A stretch of DNA of 64,000 bases from Stegostoma tigrinum (lineage: Eukaryota). Below are positions 25,541 to 39,320 of this stretch, one piece after another. The stretch spans positions 8,795,628-8,859,627 of the forward strand of contig NC_081396.1 in NCBI RefSeq assembly GCF_030684315.1. The letters are read 5' to 3'. The translations under genes and the position numbers were made by a program. Below the pieces are notes generated by a model that saw only the letters and a program-made list of their open reading frames with translations, was not told the origin of the DNA and made no database searches. Each line of letters begins with the position of its first letter. The stretch's first letter is position 1.

Positions 25541-27000
25541 GTGATAATAGGAACTGCAGATGCTGGAGAATCCAAGATAATGAAATGTGAGGCTGGATGA
25601 ACACAGCAGGCCCAGCAGCATCTCAGGAGCACAAAAGCTGACGTTTCAGGCCTAGACCCTTCATCAGAGAGGGGGATGGGGTGAGGTTTCTGGAATAAAT
25701 AGGGAGAGAGGGGGAGGCGGACCGAAGATGGAGAGAAAAGAAGATAGGTGGAGAGGAGAGTATAGGTAGGGAGGGGATAGGTCAGTCCAGGGAAGGCGGA
25801 CAGGTCAAGGAGGTGGGATGAGGTTAGTAGGTAGGAGATGGATGTAAGGGATGGGTGAGAGGAAGAACAGGTTAGAGAGGCAGAGACAGGTTGGACTGGT
25901 AGCGAGTTTTGAGAAGATTTGTAGCTCCGGTTGAGGTTCTCGATGTGAGTTTGCTCGCTGAGCTGGAAGGTTAGTTTTCAGACGTTTCGTCACCATTCTA
26001 GGTAACATCATCAGTGAGCCTCCGACGAAGCGCTGGTGTTATGTCCCGCTTTCTATTTATCTGGTTAGGTTTCCTTGGGTTGGTAATGTCATTTCCTGTT
26101 CTTTTTCTCAGGGGATGGTAGATTGGCTCCAAGTCAATGTGTTTGTTGATGGAGTTCCGGTTGGAATGCCATGCTTCTAGGAATTCTCGTGCATGTCTCT
26201 TGTTTGGCTTGTCCTAGGATGGATGTGTTGTTTGGCTTGTCCTAGGATGGATGTGTTGTCCCAATCAAAGTGGTGTCCTTCCTCATCTGTATGTAAGGAT
26301 ACGAGTGATAGTGGGTCATGTCGTTTTGTGGCTAGTTGATGTTCATGTATCCTGGTGGCTAGCTTCCTGCTAGTTTGTCCAATGTAGTGTTTGTCACAGT
26401 TCTTGCAAGGTATTTTGTAGATGACGTTCGTTTTTTTTGTTGTCTGTATAGAGTTATTGTTCCTGCAACCCCGAAGGTTGCAGAACAGCAACTCATATTC
26501 CGCTTGGGAACCCTGCAACCCAATGGTATCAATGTGGACTTCACCAGCTTCAAAATCTCCCCTTCCCCCACTGCATCCCAAAACCAGCCCAGTTCGTCCC
26601 TTCCCCCCACTGCACCACACAACCAGCCCAGCTCTTCCCCCCCTACCCCCCCACCCACTGCATCCCAAAATCAGTCCAACCTGTCTCTGCCTCCCTAACC
26701 TGTTCTTCCTCTCACCCATCCCTTACATCCATCTCCTACCTATTAACCTCATCCCACCTCCTTGACCTGTCCGTCTTCCCTGGACTGACCTATCCCCTCC
26801 CTACCTCCCCACCTATACTCTCCTCTCCACCTATCTTCTTTTCTCTCCATCTTCGGTCCGCCTCCCCCTCTCTCCCTATTTATTCCAGAACCCTCACCCC
26901 ATCCCCCTCTCTGATGAAGGGTCTAGGCCCGAAACGTCAGCTTTTGTGCTCCTGAGATGCTGCTGGGCCTGCTGTGTTCATCCAGCCTCACATTTCGTTA
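25541..27000. mobile_element. Composite Penelope-like insertion: inverted PLE-1 termini enclosing a PLE-2 GIY-YIG fragment
   Basis: 12-bp TSD CCTGTGGATTAC; NVIYKIPCKNCDKHYIGQTSRKLATRIHEH (minus); EQQLIFRLGTLQPNGINVDF (plus); three hammerhead motifs. Confidence 0.9.
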
Positions 27001-27669
27001 CCTGTGGATTACATGTTCACTTCCAGGCAGCCTACCTGAGGAGGGACAAATGGTCTCCGGGAGCATGAAACAGATTTACCCGAATGACTCTTTGCCTCCT
27101 GGGGTTAAATTAATTAGCAAAGCTCAAACAAGTACAAAAGAGATAAATTGTGGCCCGAGCTTTCAGGAGTGAATGAGGAAACACTTGCTGGTCAGTTTTT
27201 AAATTTGACATTGATAGGTGTTTCTAAGTATATTAAGGATTGAGCAAAAGCTCACAGATCAGCCATGTTGGAAATAGTAAGCAGGTCGAGCAGCTTCTGT
27301 GGAAGCAGAAACTGGGTTAACTTTTCAGATCTGTGAACTAAAAAGATCGATATCACTCCAAGATGCCTCCTATATGTCTCATTCCTTGCTCTGTTCCCAA
27401 AGTCTTGCAAGTTTATATCCTATGTCAACCATTGATCATTTCCATTTCTATCATCATCATAGGCAGTGCCTTCTGCATATTACCAGTCACACTGTTAACA
27501 AAAATACTTTCCTATCTACCTCATTCCCAAAAACTTTAAGTCTGCGTTGTCTAATACTTGTGCTATCATTGTTTGGATGTAGCTTTTTCTTTGTCTACCT
27601 TATCTCAATTATGATCTTTTGGGCAATCAAAATTCCACTTCTCCAAATCATACTTGTAACTATGATTCA

Positions 27670-28580
27670 TTTGTCTAAGATTGGTGGAGTAGCAGATAGT
27701 GAAGGGGACTGTTGGAGAATGCAGCAGAATATAGATAGATTGGAGAGTTGGGCGGAGAAATGGCAGATGGAGTTCAATCCAGGCAAATGCGAGGTGATGC
27801 ATTTTGGAAGATCCAATTCAAGAGCAAACTGTACAGTAAATGGAAAAGCCCTGGGGAAAATTTGATGCACAGAGGTCTGGGTGTTCAGGTCCATTGTATG
27901 CTGAAGGTGGCAACGCAGGTCGATGGAGTGGTCAAGAAGGCATACGGCATGCTTTCATTCATCAGACTGGGTATTGAGTACAAGAGTTGGCAGGTCATGT
28001 TATAGTTGTATGGGACTTTGGTTCGACCACATTTGGAATCCTGCATTCGGTTCTGGTTCACACATTACCAAAAGGATATGGGTGCTTTGGAGACGGTGCA
28101 GAGGAGGCTCACTAGGATGTTGCCTGGTTTGGAGGGCACTAGCTTTGAAGAGAGGTTGAGTAGATTAGTGTCCTATACATTAGAAAGACAGAGGTTGAGG
28201 GAGGACCTGATTGAGGTCTACAAAATCATGAGAGGTATAGACAGGGTGGATAGCAGGAAGCTTTTTTCACCCAGAGTGGGGACTCAATTACTAGGGGTCA
28301 CGATTTCACGGTGCAAAGGGAAAAGTTTAAGGGAGATATGTGTGGGAAGTTCTTTACGCAGATGGTGGTGGGTGCCTGGAAAGCGTTGCCAGCAGAGGTG
28401 GTAGGGCAGGATGATAACATCATTTAAGATGTATCTAGACAGATGCATGAGTGGGCAGGGAACAGAGGAATACAGATCCTTGGAAAATAGGTGACAAGTT
28501 TAGATATAGGATCTGGATCGGTGCAGGCTTGGAGGGCCAAAGGGCCTATTCCTGTGCTGTCATTTTCTTTGTTCTTTATT
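27670..28580 (+). mobile_element. CR1-clade LINE 3' fragment
   Basis: WAEKWQMEFNPGKCEVMHFG motif, C-terminus and (TTCTTTG)n tail. Confidence 0.9.
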
Positions 28581-28834
28581 CTTGTTCTCATGAACCACTG
28601 GTAAATCACGTCTGTATCCTGTGAACAACCCTTTGTATCCTTGCTGAAAAAGCATAACCAGAACTGACTTGTAACCAGAGCTTTGTAAAGGTCAGAATTT
28701 TTTCCGTGAGTTTGTTCTTGTTGTCTCTGTTTTATGTTGCATAAATTTTCTAAGTGCTCTTTGAACATGTTCTGTCATTATTAAAGAATAGTGTCAATTA
28801 ACCTCCAGGTCTCTCTGTCCCTGTGCACTCTTTA

Positions 28835-31260
28835 AGTCGTCTTTTTGATACACTTGTGGGACATGAACGTGGCTGGCCTTGCCAGCATTTTATTGCTTGT
28901 TCCTAGCTGCCTGTGAGGCGGTGACGAGCTGTTGTTTTGAACCATTACTGTCCCCATGCTGTAGGTTGACACACAATGTCCACGGGGAGGGAACCCCTCA
29001 AATCTTGACCCAGCAACATTGAAGGAATGATGATTACATTTCCGTGCCAGGATGTTGAATGGCTTAGAGGGGAACTCGCAGGCGATGGTGTTCCCATGTA
29101 TCGGTTGCCCTCGTCCTTCCAGATGGAAGCGGTGATGGGTTTGGAAAATGTTATGTAAGGATCTTTGGTGAACGTCTGCATTACATCTCGTGGGTAGTAA
29201 TATGAGTAAGTAGTGAGCGTTGGTGGTGGAGGAAGTGGATGTGGTGCCTTTCAGACAAATTGCTTTGTCCTGAATGGTGTCAAGCTTCTTTTGTTGGAGG
29301 TGCCTCCATCCAGGCAAGTGAGAATTATTCCATCACACTCGTGCCTTGTAGATGGTGGGTAGTCTTTGGGAGTCACTTATTCACCACAGTATTCCTAGTC
29401 TCTGACCTGCTGTCGTAGCCACTGTGTTTGTGTGAGTCCATCTGAGTTTCCATTCTATGGTAACCCCACGGCTGTTGATAGTTGGGAAAATTCAGTGATG
29501 GCAACACCATTGACTGTCGGGGACAGTGATTAGATTGCTTGCCTGTCTGGCTGACTGTTAATGGAGATGGTCATTGCCTGGCATTTGTGTGGCGTGAATG
29601 TTACTTGCTGCTTGTCAGCCCAAGCCTAGACATTGTCCAGATCTTGTCGCATTTGACTGTGGACTGCTTCAGTATCTGAGGTGTCGCGAATGGTGCTGAA
29701 CATTGTGCAGTCATCAGTGAACATCCCCACTTCTGACCTTATGACGCAGCTGAAGATGGTTGGTCCCAGGACACTACCCCAAGGAGCTCCTGCAGAGATG
29801 TTCTGGAGCTAATGTGACTGACCCCCAACAATCACAACCTGGATGAGGGCGTAGAAGGATGGGTTAGTAAATTTGCAGATGACACTAAGGTCGGTGGAGT
29901 TGTGGATAGTGACAAAGGATGTTGTAGGTTACAGAGGGACATAGATAAGCTGCAGAGCTGCGCTGAAAGGTGGCAAATGGAGTTTAATGCAGACAAGTGT
30001 GAGGTGATGCACTTTGGTAGGAGTAACCGGAAGGCAAAGTACAGGGCTAATGGTAAGATTCTTGGTAGTGTAGATGAGCAGAGAGATCTCGATGTCCATG
30101 TACACAGATCCTTGAAAGTTGCCACCCAGGTTGACAGGGCTGTTAAGAAGGCATACAGTGTTTTAGCTTTTATTAATAGAGGGATTGAGTTCCAGACCAA
30201 GAGGTTATGCTGCAGCTGTACAAAACTCTGCGGCCACACTTGGAGCATTGTGTACAGTTCTGGTCACCACATTATTAAGGAGGATGTGGAAGCTTTGGAA
30301 AGGGTGCAGAGGAGATGTACTAGGATGTTGCCTGGTATGGAGGGAAGGTCTTACAAGGAAAGGCTGAGGGACTTGAGGCTGTTTTGTTAGAGAGAAGAAG
30401 GTTGAGAGGTGACTTAATTGAGACATATAAAATAATCAGAGGGTTAGATAGGGTGGATAGGGAGAGCCTTTTTCCTAGGATTGTGACGGCGAGCATGAGG
30501 GGGCATAGCTTTAAATTGAGGGGTGAAAGATATAGGACAGATGTCAGAGGTAGTTTTTTTACTCAGAGAGTAGTAAGGGAATGGAACACTTTGCCTGCAA
30601 CGGTAGTAGATTTGCCAACTTTAGGTACATTTAAGTCATCATTGAACAAGCATATGGACGTACATGGAATAGTGTAGGTTAGATGGGCTTCACATTGGTA
30701 TGGCAGGTCAGCACAACATTGAGGGCCGAAGGGCCTGTACTGTGCTGTAATGTTCTATGTAATCACAACCATATTCTGATATAAGGATGAGTTTATCAAT
30801 TCTACAGTTGCAGCTGCATCTGTCCACGACAGTGTGGGTATGAGTGACCACCGCATAGTCGTTGTAGAGTCAAAGAGAATATCCTGCGCAGTGCCAAGTG
30901 GGACAGACTTTGAACAGATCTAGCAACTTGAGACAGGAGGTGCGGTGGTCCGTCAACAGCAGCAGACCTGTACTCCAGCACAATCTGTAACCTCATGGCC
31001 TGGCATATTCCCCCATTAAACCATTACCAACAAGCCAGGGGGGGTCACGTCTGGCTGAATAGGGGGCAGGAGGACAAAGGCAGGAGCAGCACCAGGCATA
31101 ATTGAAGATGCGATGTCAAAAGGGTGAAGCGACCAAACGGGACTACTTGCACATCAAACTGCAGAAGTAATAAACACAGCCAAGTGATCCCACAACCGAT
31201 GGATCAGGTGTAAGCACTACATTCCTGCCACATGCAGTCATGAATGGTGGTGGAATGCAG
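28835..31260 (-). mobile_element. Degenerate CR1/L2-group LINE interrupted by a CR1
   Basis: KLDTIQDKA, GVPWGSVLGPTIFSC, MFTDDCTMF RT motifs on minus strand. Confidence 0.7.
29840..30760 (+). mobile_element. CR1-clade LINE 3' fragment with TSD
   Basis: SKFADDTK motif to 3' tail; 10-bp TSD AATCACAACC (29830-29839 / 30761-30770). Confidence 0.92.
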
Positions 31261-31729
31261 TGTACAGTCTTTCTCCCCCTTCCTTCTCTCAAAACACATT
31301 CCCTTGCTGTGTGTTCCGAAGATGAGAAATATTCAACTCAAAAAGCTAACTCTGTCTCCCTTCACAAAGTCTGCCACTTGAGCACTTCGTTTTTTTTGAA
31401 TGGAAGCTTTCCTGGAATTTGAACAAATTACTCGCATTCATTTAAAGATATCAGTTAGGAACTGGTAGAGCCAATAGAGAGGGACTATTTCCATTGTTTA
31501 AAGAATCCAGATCAGAAGGACAGTCTTTAAAATCGAGAGGCAGAGGTGTGAATCAGGAGTGAATGAGGAAACACTTCTTCTTAAGACAGAATTGGTAAAA
31601 AATAAGAAATTCTTTTCCTCTGGTGGTTTCTGTGAGCTCTGTTAAACTTAAATTTAAACCTGTTAACGGACCACGTGCGAGGATCACAGATTAGTGTTGC
31701 TGGAGACACTCGGAAGGTTGGGCAGCTTC

Positions 31730-32460
31730 TGTGGAAAGGGTTACCTCCTTGTATCTACTGTTCCAACAGCATCCACACCCAGAAGATCATCATCTGCCAT
31801 TTCCGCCACCTCCAGTGAGATGCCACCATCAGACGCATGCTCCCCTCTCCTCCCTTGTCTGCCTTGGTCGGGAACTGTTCCCTCAGGGACATCCTGGTCC
31901 ACAGCCCTGTGGCACCTTCTGCTGTAACTGGCAAAGGTGTGACACCTGCCCATTTACCTCCTCCCTCCCCAGTGTCCAATGGCTCAAATACACCTCCCAG
32001 GTGAAGCAGACTTCACCTGCACTTCCCACAATCTAGTCTGCTGTGTTTACTGCTCACAACGTGGTCTCCTCTATGTTGGTGAAACAAAGCATAGACTGGG
32101 TGACTGCTTCGCAGAACGACTGTTCTGCTGGCAAAAAAGACCCTGAACTACCTGTTGCCACTTTAACACACCACCCTGTTCCCTGGCCAACATCTCTGTA
32201 TCTGGCTTGTTGCAGTGTTCCAGCAAAGCTCATCATAAGCTGGAAGAACACCAGCACATTTTCCACTTGGGGACCCTGCAGTCCTCCGGACTGAATATAG
32301 AGTTCAATAATTGTGTGGCCTAAACTCTCCCACGTGCTAGCTCCCTACCCCACACACCAGGCCTTGTTATCACATAGCCTGCCCATTGTTAGTCACTAAC
32401 AATCCCCATTAACAGCTATTCTCCCTCCCAGCCAGATCATTATCAATGTGTCTGTCTCTG
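31730..32460 (+). mobile_element. Degenerate Penelope-like element, GIY-YIG region
   Basis: NLVCCVYCSQRGLLYVGETKHRLGDCFAE corresponds to the GIY-YIG consensus. Confidence 0.75.
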
Positions 32461-32699
32461 TCTGTCTCCCGTTTTTGTTCACTGGGCTAAAGTGCCAGAC
32501 CTCTGAACGAATGAACGTGGGAGAATGAGGAAAGGGAATGTAGGGTGGACAGTGCAAGAGATTAACTGATAAGAGGTTTCACATTGTGAGATGAAAGAGG
32601 ATGATAAATGGGATGTGTAAATACTCAGATGTGCCAGGGTGAAATGTGAAGGGGAGAGGAGCAACTGTGAAGTTCAAGTATAGAAAATCATGCAGAAAA

Positions 32700-32968
32700 G
32701 AGACCCTCCCTAGACTGACCTGTCTCCAACCTACCTCCCCACCTACACTCACCTTTACTGGCTCCATCCCTGCCTCTTTGACCTGTTTGTCTCCTCACCA
32801 CCTATCTTCTCCTCTATCCATGTTCTATCCACCTCCCCCTCTCTCCCTATTTATTTCAGCACCCTCCCCCATTTCTGAAGAAGGGTCTGGGCCCAAAACG
32901 TCAGCTTTCCTGCTCCTATGATGCTGCTTGGCCTGCTGTGTTCATCCAGCTCTACACCTTGTTATCCC
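32700..32968 (+). mobile_element. PLE-1 3' terminus with degenerate hammerhead
   Basis: Pyrimidine-rich tail, CTGAAGAAGGGTCTGGGCCCAAAACGTC. Confidence 0.75.
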
Positions 32969-33053
32969 AGAAAACCAAGGCACAGGGAAATGAGGAACAT
33001 CATGGGGCGGAGGTCATATTACACAATTCAATGTTGATTCCTTAAGACTGTAA

Positions 33054-33840
33054 GGCAGCACGGTGGCTCAGTGGTTATCACTGCTGCCTCGGCGCCAAGG
33101 ACCTGGATTTGATCCCACCCTCGGACGACTATCTGTATGGAGTTTGCACGTTCTCCCCGTGTCTGCATGGGTTTCCTCTGGGTGCTCCGGCTTCCTCCCA
33201 CAGTCCAAAGATGTGCAGGCTAGGTGGATTGGCCATGCTAAATTGCCCGTAGTGTTCAGGGATATGGACTGAATGTGATACACCAGGATACACGAACATC
33301 AACTATCCACAAAAAGACATGATCCACTATCACTAGTATCCTCACATACAGATGAGGAAGGACACCACTTTGATTGGGACAACATATCCATCCTAGGACA
33401 AGCCAAACAGAGACACGCATGAGAATTCCTAGAAGCATGGCATTTCAACCGGAACTCCATCAACAAACACATTGATTTGGAGCCAATCTACCATCCCCTG
33501 AGAAAAAAAATAGGAAATGACATCACCAACCCAAGGAATCCTAAATGGATAAATAGAAAGCAGAACATAACACCAGCGCTTCACTGGAGGCTCACTGATG
33601 ATGTACCTAGAATGGTGATGAAACGTCTGAAAATGAACCTTCCAGCTCAGCGAGGAAACTCACATCCAGAACCTCAACCTGAGCTACAAATCTTGTCAAA
33701 ACTCGCTGTTCAGGGATGTGTAGATTAGGTGGGTTATGTGGAGATGGGTCTGGGTGGGATGCTCTGAGGGTCGGTGTGGACCTGTTGGGTCGAAGGGCCT
33801 GTTTCTGCGCCGTAGGGATTCTATGATCTATGATCTATGA
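33054..33840 (+). mobile_element. HE1 SINE interrupted by a PLE-2 fragment (33264-33706)
   Basis: SINE head and V-domain; 11-bp TSD TGTTCAGGGAT (33253-33263 / 33707-33717); PLE-2 matches 25900-26400. Confidence 0.88.
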
Positions 33841-35354
33841 CCTTTGTACGTTTTCCCAGGGTCTGCGTGGGTTTCCTCCAGTTACTCAGGTTTCCTACCA
33901 CAGTACAAAGATGAGCAGGTTAGGGTGGTGGATTGGCCATGCTAAATTGTTCCATAGAGTCCAGGGATGAGTAGGCTATGTGGGGTTATATGGTAGGGGG
34001 TTGAGTCTGGCTGGGAGACTCTGTTCGGAGGGTCGGTGTGGACTCGAATGGCCCATTTCCATGCTGTGGCGGGTCCTGTGATTGAAGAAAGTGCCTTTTT
34101 CGCTTGGGGTGGGAAAAGCGATTGCGGTTCTGTTTTGGTTCAGCCAAAAGGCCACTGACCTGTTACCTGTGCTGTCTGCTCAGTTGCTAGCTTGACTTCC
34201 TTCGTGTTTCCAGTGCCTTCAGATGGGATTGCAGACTGTGGAAGTTAGTTTTCAAAAACAAGACAGTAAGGCTACAAGAGACAGTAGTAGAGGTAGGCCA
34301 TTCAGTCCATCAAGTTCTAAATTATTGTACGTGCAGGGACAGAGACTTAGCGGTGGGCCGGGTGGGAGGGGTGTTCATGCACGCTCATCTTTGAAAATGA
34401 CAGAGCATGCGGGAAGAGCAGTTGGCAAAATAATATAGCAGGAGTGAATGCCATAGTGGTTTTATGACGGGACCATTAATTCAGAAACCCACGTAATGTT
34501 CCAGGGACCTGGATTTGAACCCCATAAATGGCAGATGAATAAAAGTGAAGAGTATACTGGTGACCATGGAATGGTTATTGATTGTCAGAAAAGCCCATCC
34601 TTTTAGGGAAGAAAACTGGCCTTCTTATCCAGCCTGATCCATGTGTGACTCCAAGCTCAGACCAATGTGGTTGACTCCTTATGCCCTCTGGGTAATTGAG
34701 GATGGACAAGAAACACAGGCCAAGCCAGTGACACCATCATCCAGAAAATCCAGATGTCCTGACCACGTGGCACTCAGGCATCACTTTTTATAGTTCAGTC
34801 GCTGGGGTAGCGTTCAGAAAGGGGTCTGTGAGGATCCAAGACACAGTCACTCCACCAGATTAGGGGAGTGGGGAGAAATTACCTGTTTAACTGGGGAGAC
34901 AGAGATCTGCGGAAGATGGGAATCGCTGCAGAGGGAGCAGTGCGATAAAGGCACATGATTGTATAAGAGAATGAGTACAGCACAGCAAAGCTCCTTGAGG
35001 TACTCTCCTTGGAACATCCCACTCCTGGGCAGGACTCCGTTCGGGGTCAGGAAGCTGTGAGCTGGAGGTGAGGTGGTCAGTGCTGGTGTTGGTGTGGTGT
35101 GAGTGACTGGTCGGGATATCTCAGTCTCAGCTCTGCCTTTTCCTCTTGGACATTTCATGGTTGTCGGATCACAGTATTTGTTTGTAAACTCTTGTCTTCC
35201 TGTGTTTAGCTGGGTTTTCCACATTCTTGCCTGTACCCAGCTGAATACAAGCGGCTCTGACCTCCGTTCGAGTTGACTTCAGTGTATGAATGTGATTTGG
35301 AGCAGCTACGACTGTTTTTCTTTCCATTTTTGGAAAAGGAAGCTTGGTAACGGG

Positions 35355-37090
35355 GTCACACGGCTCAGCAATTTAGCGCCAATGTCTCTCAGTGCTGGGG
35401 ACCTGAGTTTGATTCCTTTTGTGTGTGTCCGTCTGTCTTCTGGCTGTTCCAGTTTCCTCCCACATTCCAAAGATATGTAGGTTAGGTGGATTAGCCATGG
35501 GAATTGCAAGGTTAGAGGGATAGGTCTAGATGGGATGCTGTTCAGAAGGCCAGTGTGGGCTCGATGGGCCGAATAGTCTGCTTCCACACTGTAAGAATTC
35601 TGTGATTCTACTAAAGGCTCTGATGAAGAATCACTGGACTCAACATTGACTGCTTTATTCCCACAGACGCTGCCAGACCTGCTCTATATTGCCAGCTGTT
35701 TCTGTTTCCACACTGTGTTGGAGTTGTGTGAGCAGTTTTTCAGGTTATGAGAGACAAACTGTTCCTACCCAAATGGATGGTGAATCGCGAGGCACAGATT
35801 CCAAGTGTTTTGCCGAAGAATAAACATGAGGTGAAGAAAGCCTTTTTCACGAAGCAATGGTTTGGCTTCAAACACATTGTTTCCAGTTAAATAATCCTCA
35901 ATTGAACCTGCCTCCACCACCCTTCCAAACAATCTGCAGGGTTACAGGAGACAGCGTAGACGATTGGCATTCAGATCAAATGCTCTGGGGGCTGGTGCAG
36001 GCATGATGGGCTAGATGGACTTTCTCTGCACCATAACATTGATTCAGTCAAGTAGCAAATGACAGATGAGGAACTGAGCAATTGTTTGGGCACAGAGAGT
36101 GGAAATTGTCCACCAGGCAGCCCAGCGGCTCAGATCAGCATTGGGGACAAGGTTCTGATTCGAGCCTTGGGTGACTGCGTGGAGTTTGCGTGCTCTGCCC
36201 GTGTCTGCGTGGGTTTCCTTTGGGTGCTCCGGTTTCCTCCCGCAGTCCAAAGATGTGCAAGTTTGGTGGCTTGGCATTGGTCTTCTTATGGGCTTTCTTT
36301 TTTTATAAAAGAAGGGACATATATGTTAACTGGGTCAGTCATGGTTTAACAATTCCATTTGGGCTTAGAAGGCTGGCATGATGGGGTGGTTCTGGGTTGG
36401 AATCTGTTTGGAGGGCTAGTGCAGACTGTATGGGCTGAATGGCCTGTTTCTGCTGTATAGGGATTATTTAGTATCCGTTTTCCTTTAAAAGAAAACCTCT
36501 GAAACAAAAACAAAGTGCTGGAAAATTCAGCTTCAGCGGATAGTAAGTTCTGATAAAGGGTCACTGGACTTAAAGTTAACTCTTTCCCTCTCATAGATGC
36601 TCCCATACCTGCTGAGTTTCTTCAGCACCTTCTGTTTCAGTTTTTACCAAGCAGCTGTTCCCCAGAGTTTTATTACAGTCTGACGGCAGGTCAGTGACCT
36701 GAGCCCTTAACTGCAGTTCTTGTTCAATGAGTATAGCAGAGCCTAATGAATGAATGTTTCCAGTGTTTTATCCTTCTTGTTTTGTTTCTTCTGCCCCTGA
36801 TAAGTTTTATTGTTTTATTTTGTTTGTTACAACTGAATCTGGGCCTATGGGCAGATTCATTAGGAGGTGGTTTGAATCTGCTGCAAGTTTGCACATTCTC
36901 CCCCTGTCTGCGAGGGTTTCCTGCAGGCGCTCTGGTTTCCTCCCACAGTCCAGGGATGTGCAGGCTAGGTGGATTAGCCATGGGAACTGGATGGCTACAG
37001 GATGGGTCTGAGTGGGATGCTCTTTAGGAGTGTCAGTGTGGACTAGATGGGCCGCATGGCCTGCTTCCGCACTTAGGGATCCTACAATCT
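35355..37090 (+). mobile_element. Three degenerate HE1 SINE copies (~35355-35610, ~36140-36470, ~36885-37090) and short PLE termini
   Basis: Repeated V-domain GGTTTCCTCCCACAGTCCA. Confidence 0.7.
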
Positions 37091-37509
37091 ATGAACAGAC
37101 ACAGAAGTTTTCAGTCTATTGTACGTGGATGGATTATCAGCCTTCGCTCCTGGCATTTGTATTGGGCTAACAATACAAACAGTTCTATTGTCAATGCCCA
37201 GTTCCCCATTGAGAAGGTGAGAGAGGGCCACTATCTGAATCACCGCGCACTCTCTCTGCTGTAAGAGCATCCACAGTTCTATTGGATGAAGCACTGATGA
37301 AGGAATAGTGGTCTTTTCAAATCAGCAACAATAAGTTTTGTTTTTCAACTGTCCTAAATGTAATACAAGGTTCGGAGGCATTTCATGGGCACAGTGTTTT
37401 TAATTTGCAGATTTTGGGCATCTCTGGCCAGGCCAGCATTTCTTGTCTGTCCCTAATACCCCCGAGGGCAGTTGAGTCAAACGGATTTGCCACACATCTA
37501 ATAAGTAGA

Positions 37510-39320
37510 AAATAAGAACAGTATAGCACAGTCCAGGCCCTTCGGCCCACGATGTTGTGCCGAACTTTTACCCCAAACCTAAAGTCTATCTAATCTCCAC
37601 TGCTGCCTTACACTATCATCCATATGCCTATCTAATAGCCACTTAAGTGCCCCTAATGATGCCGACTCCACTACCCTCTCTGGCAATGCGTTCCACGCCC
37701 CCTACACCCTCTGAGTAAAGAACCTACCTCTGACGTCTCCCCTGTATCTACCTCCTTTCATTTCAGAACTATGTTCCCTCGTAAAAGCTACCTCCACCCT
37801 AGGAAAAGGTCTCTGGGTGTCTACTTTATCTACACCGCTGATCATTTTGTACACCTCAATCAAGTCACCTCTCGTCCTCCGTTGTTCTCAAGAGAGAAGC
37901 CAGAGGTCTCTCAACCTTTCCTCGTAAGACCTTCCCTCTATTCCAGGCAACATCCTGGTAAATCTCCTCTGCACCTTTTCCAACGCTCCCACATCTTTCC
38001 TGTCATGAGGTGACCAAAACGGGACACAATACTCCAGATATGGCCGAACCAGGCTGTTGTACAGCTGGAGCATAACTTCATGGCTCTTGAACTCAATCCT
38101 TCTATTAATGGAGGCTAGCACACCATACACCTTCTTAACAACTCCATCCACCTGGGTGGCAGCTTTCAGGGAACTGTGAACATGAATCCCTAGATCCCTC
38201 TGCTCCTCCACACTGCCATGAATCTTTCCGTTAATCCTGTATTCTGCTTTCAAGTTTGTCCTTCCAAAATGAATCACCTCTCACTTTTCAGCGTTAAACT
38301 CAATCTGCCACTTCTCAGCCCAGCTCTGCATCCTATCAATGTCCCTTTGTAACCTAGAACAGCCCTCTGCACTATCACAATGTGATCCACCTTTGTTTCA
38401 TCTGCAAACTTGCTAATCCTCCCTTCCACTCCTTCATCCAAATTGTTTACAAAAATCGCAAATAGAAGAGGGCCCAGAACAGATCCTTGTGGTACACCAC
38501 GCGTAACTGAGCACCATGTTGAATATTTTCTGTCCACGACCACCCTTTGTCTTCTAAGGATCAGCCAATTCTGAATCTAATCTTCCACATTTCCCCCTAT
38601 CCCATGCCTCCTTCCCTTCTGCATGAGCCTACCATGGGGAACCTTATCAAACGCCTCACTTAAATCCATGTATAACACATCCACTGCTCCACCTTCATCC
38701 AGGTGTTTGGTCACCTCTTCAAAGAATTCAGTAAGGTTTGTGAGGCATGATCCACCCCTCACAAATCCATGCTGACTATCACAAATAAAACTGTGCCTTT
38801 CCAAGTGATCATAAATCTGTCAGAGCCCTTTCTGATAATTTGCCCACCACTGATGTAAGACTAACTGGTCTGTAGTTTCCAGGGTTATCCCTGTTCCCTT
38901 TTTTGAACAAGCGAATGACGTTTGCCTCTTTCCAATTTTCCAGTACTATACCCGTGGACAGTGAGGGCGAAAAGATCATTAACAAAGACCCTGCAGTTTC
39001 GTCCCTTGCTTCCCTTAGAATCCTTGGATAAATTCCATCAGGCCTGGTGGACTTACCTATCTTCAACTTCCTCACAGTTCCTAGCACATCTTTACTAACA
39101 TCAACCTCCTCTAGCCCACCAGCCTGTTTCACAATGTCCTCCTATACAACTAGGTCCCTCTCAGTTGTGAGTACTGAAGAAAAGTATTAATTAAGGACCT
39201 CTCCTATCTCTTTAGGCTCCGTGCACAAATCCCTTTACAATCCTTTATTGGCCCTACTCTTTCTCTGGTCATTCTCTTGTTCTGCACATATGTGTAAAAC
39301 GTCTTGGAGTTTTCTTTGAT
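37510..39320 (-). mobile_element. CR1-clade LINE RT region (~1.8 kb, frameshifted)
   Basis: PGNYRPVSLTSVVGK, QHGFVRGGSCLTNL, GVPQGSVLGPLLF, SKFADETK. Confidence 0.92.

Noticed and set aside
26568-26680. Repeat-spacer-like array of CCACTGCA..AACCAGCCCAG (also 54654-54790)
   Set aside because: Tandem minisatellite in the PLE 3' region; no unique spacers or cas genes and eukaryotic context, so not CRISPR
37510-39320. Potentially active LINE
   Set aside because: 5'-truncated and broken into several frames; no intact autonomous LINE or PLE exists in the window
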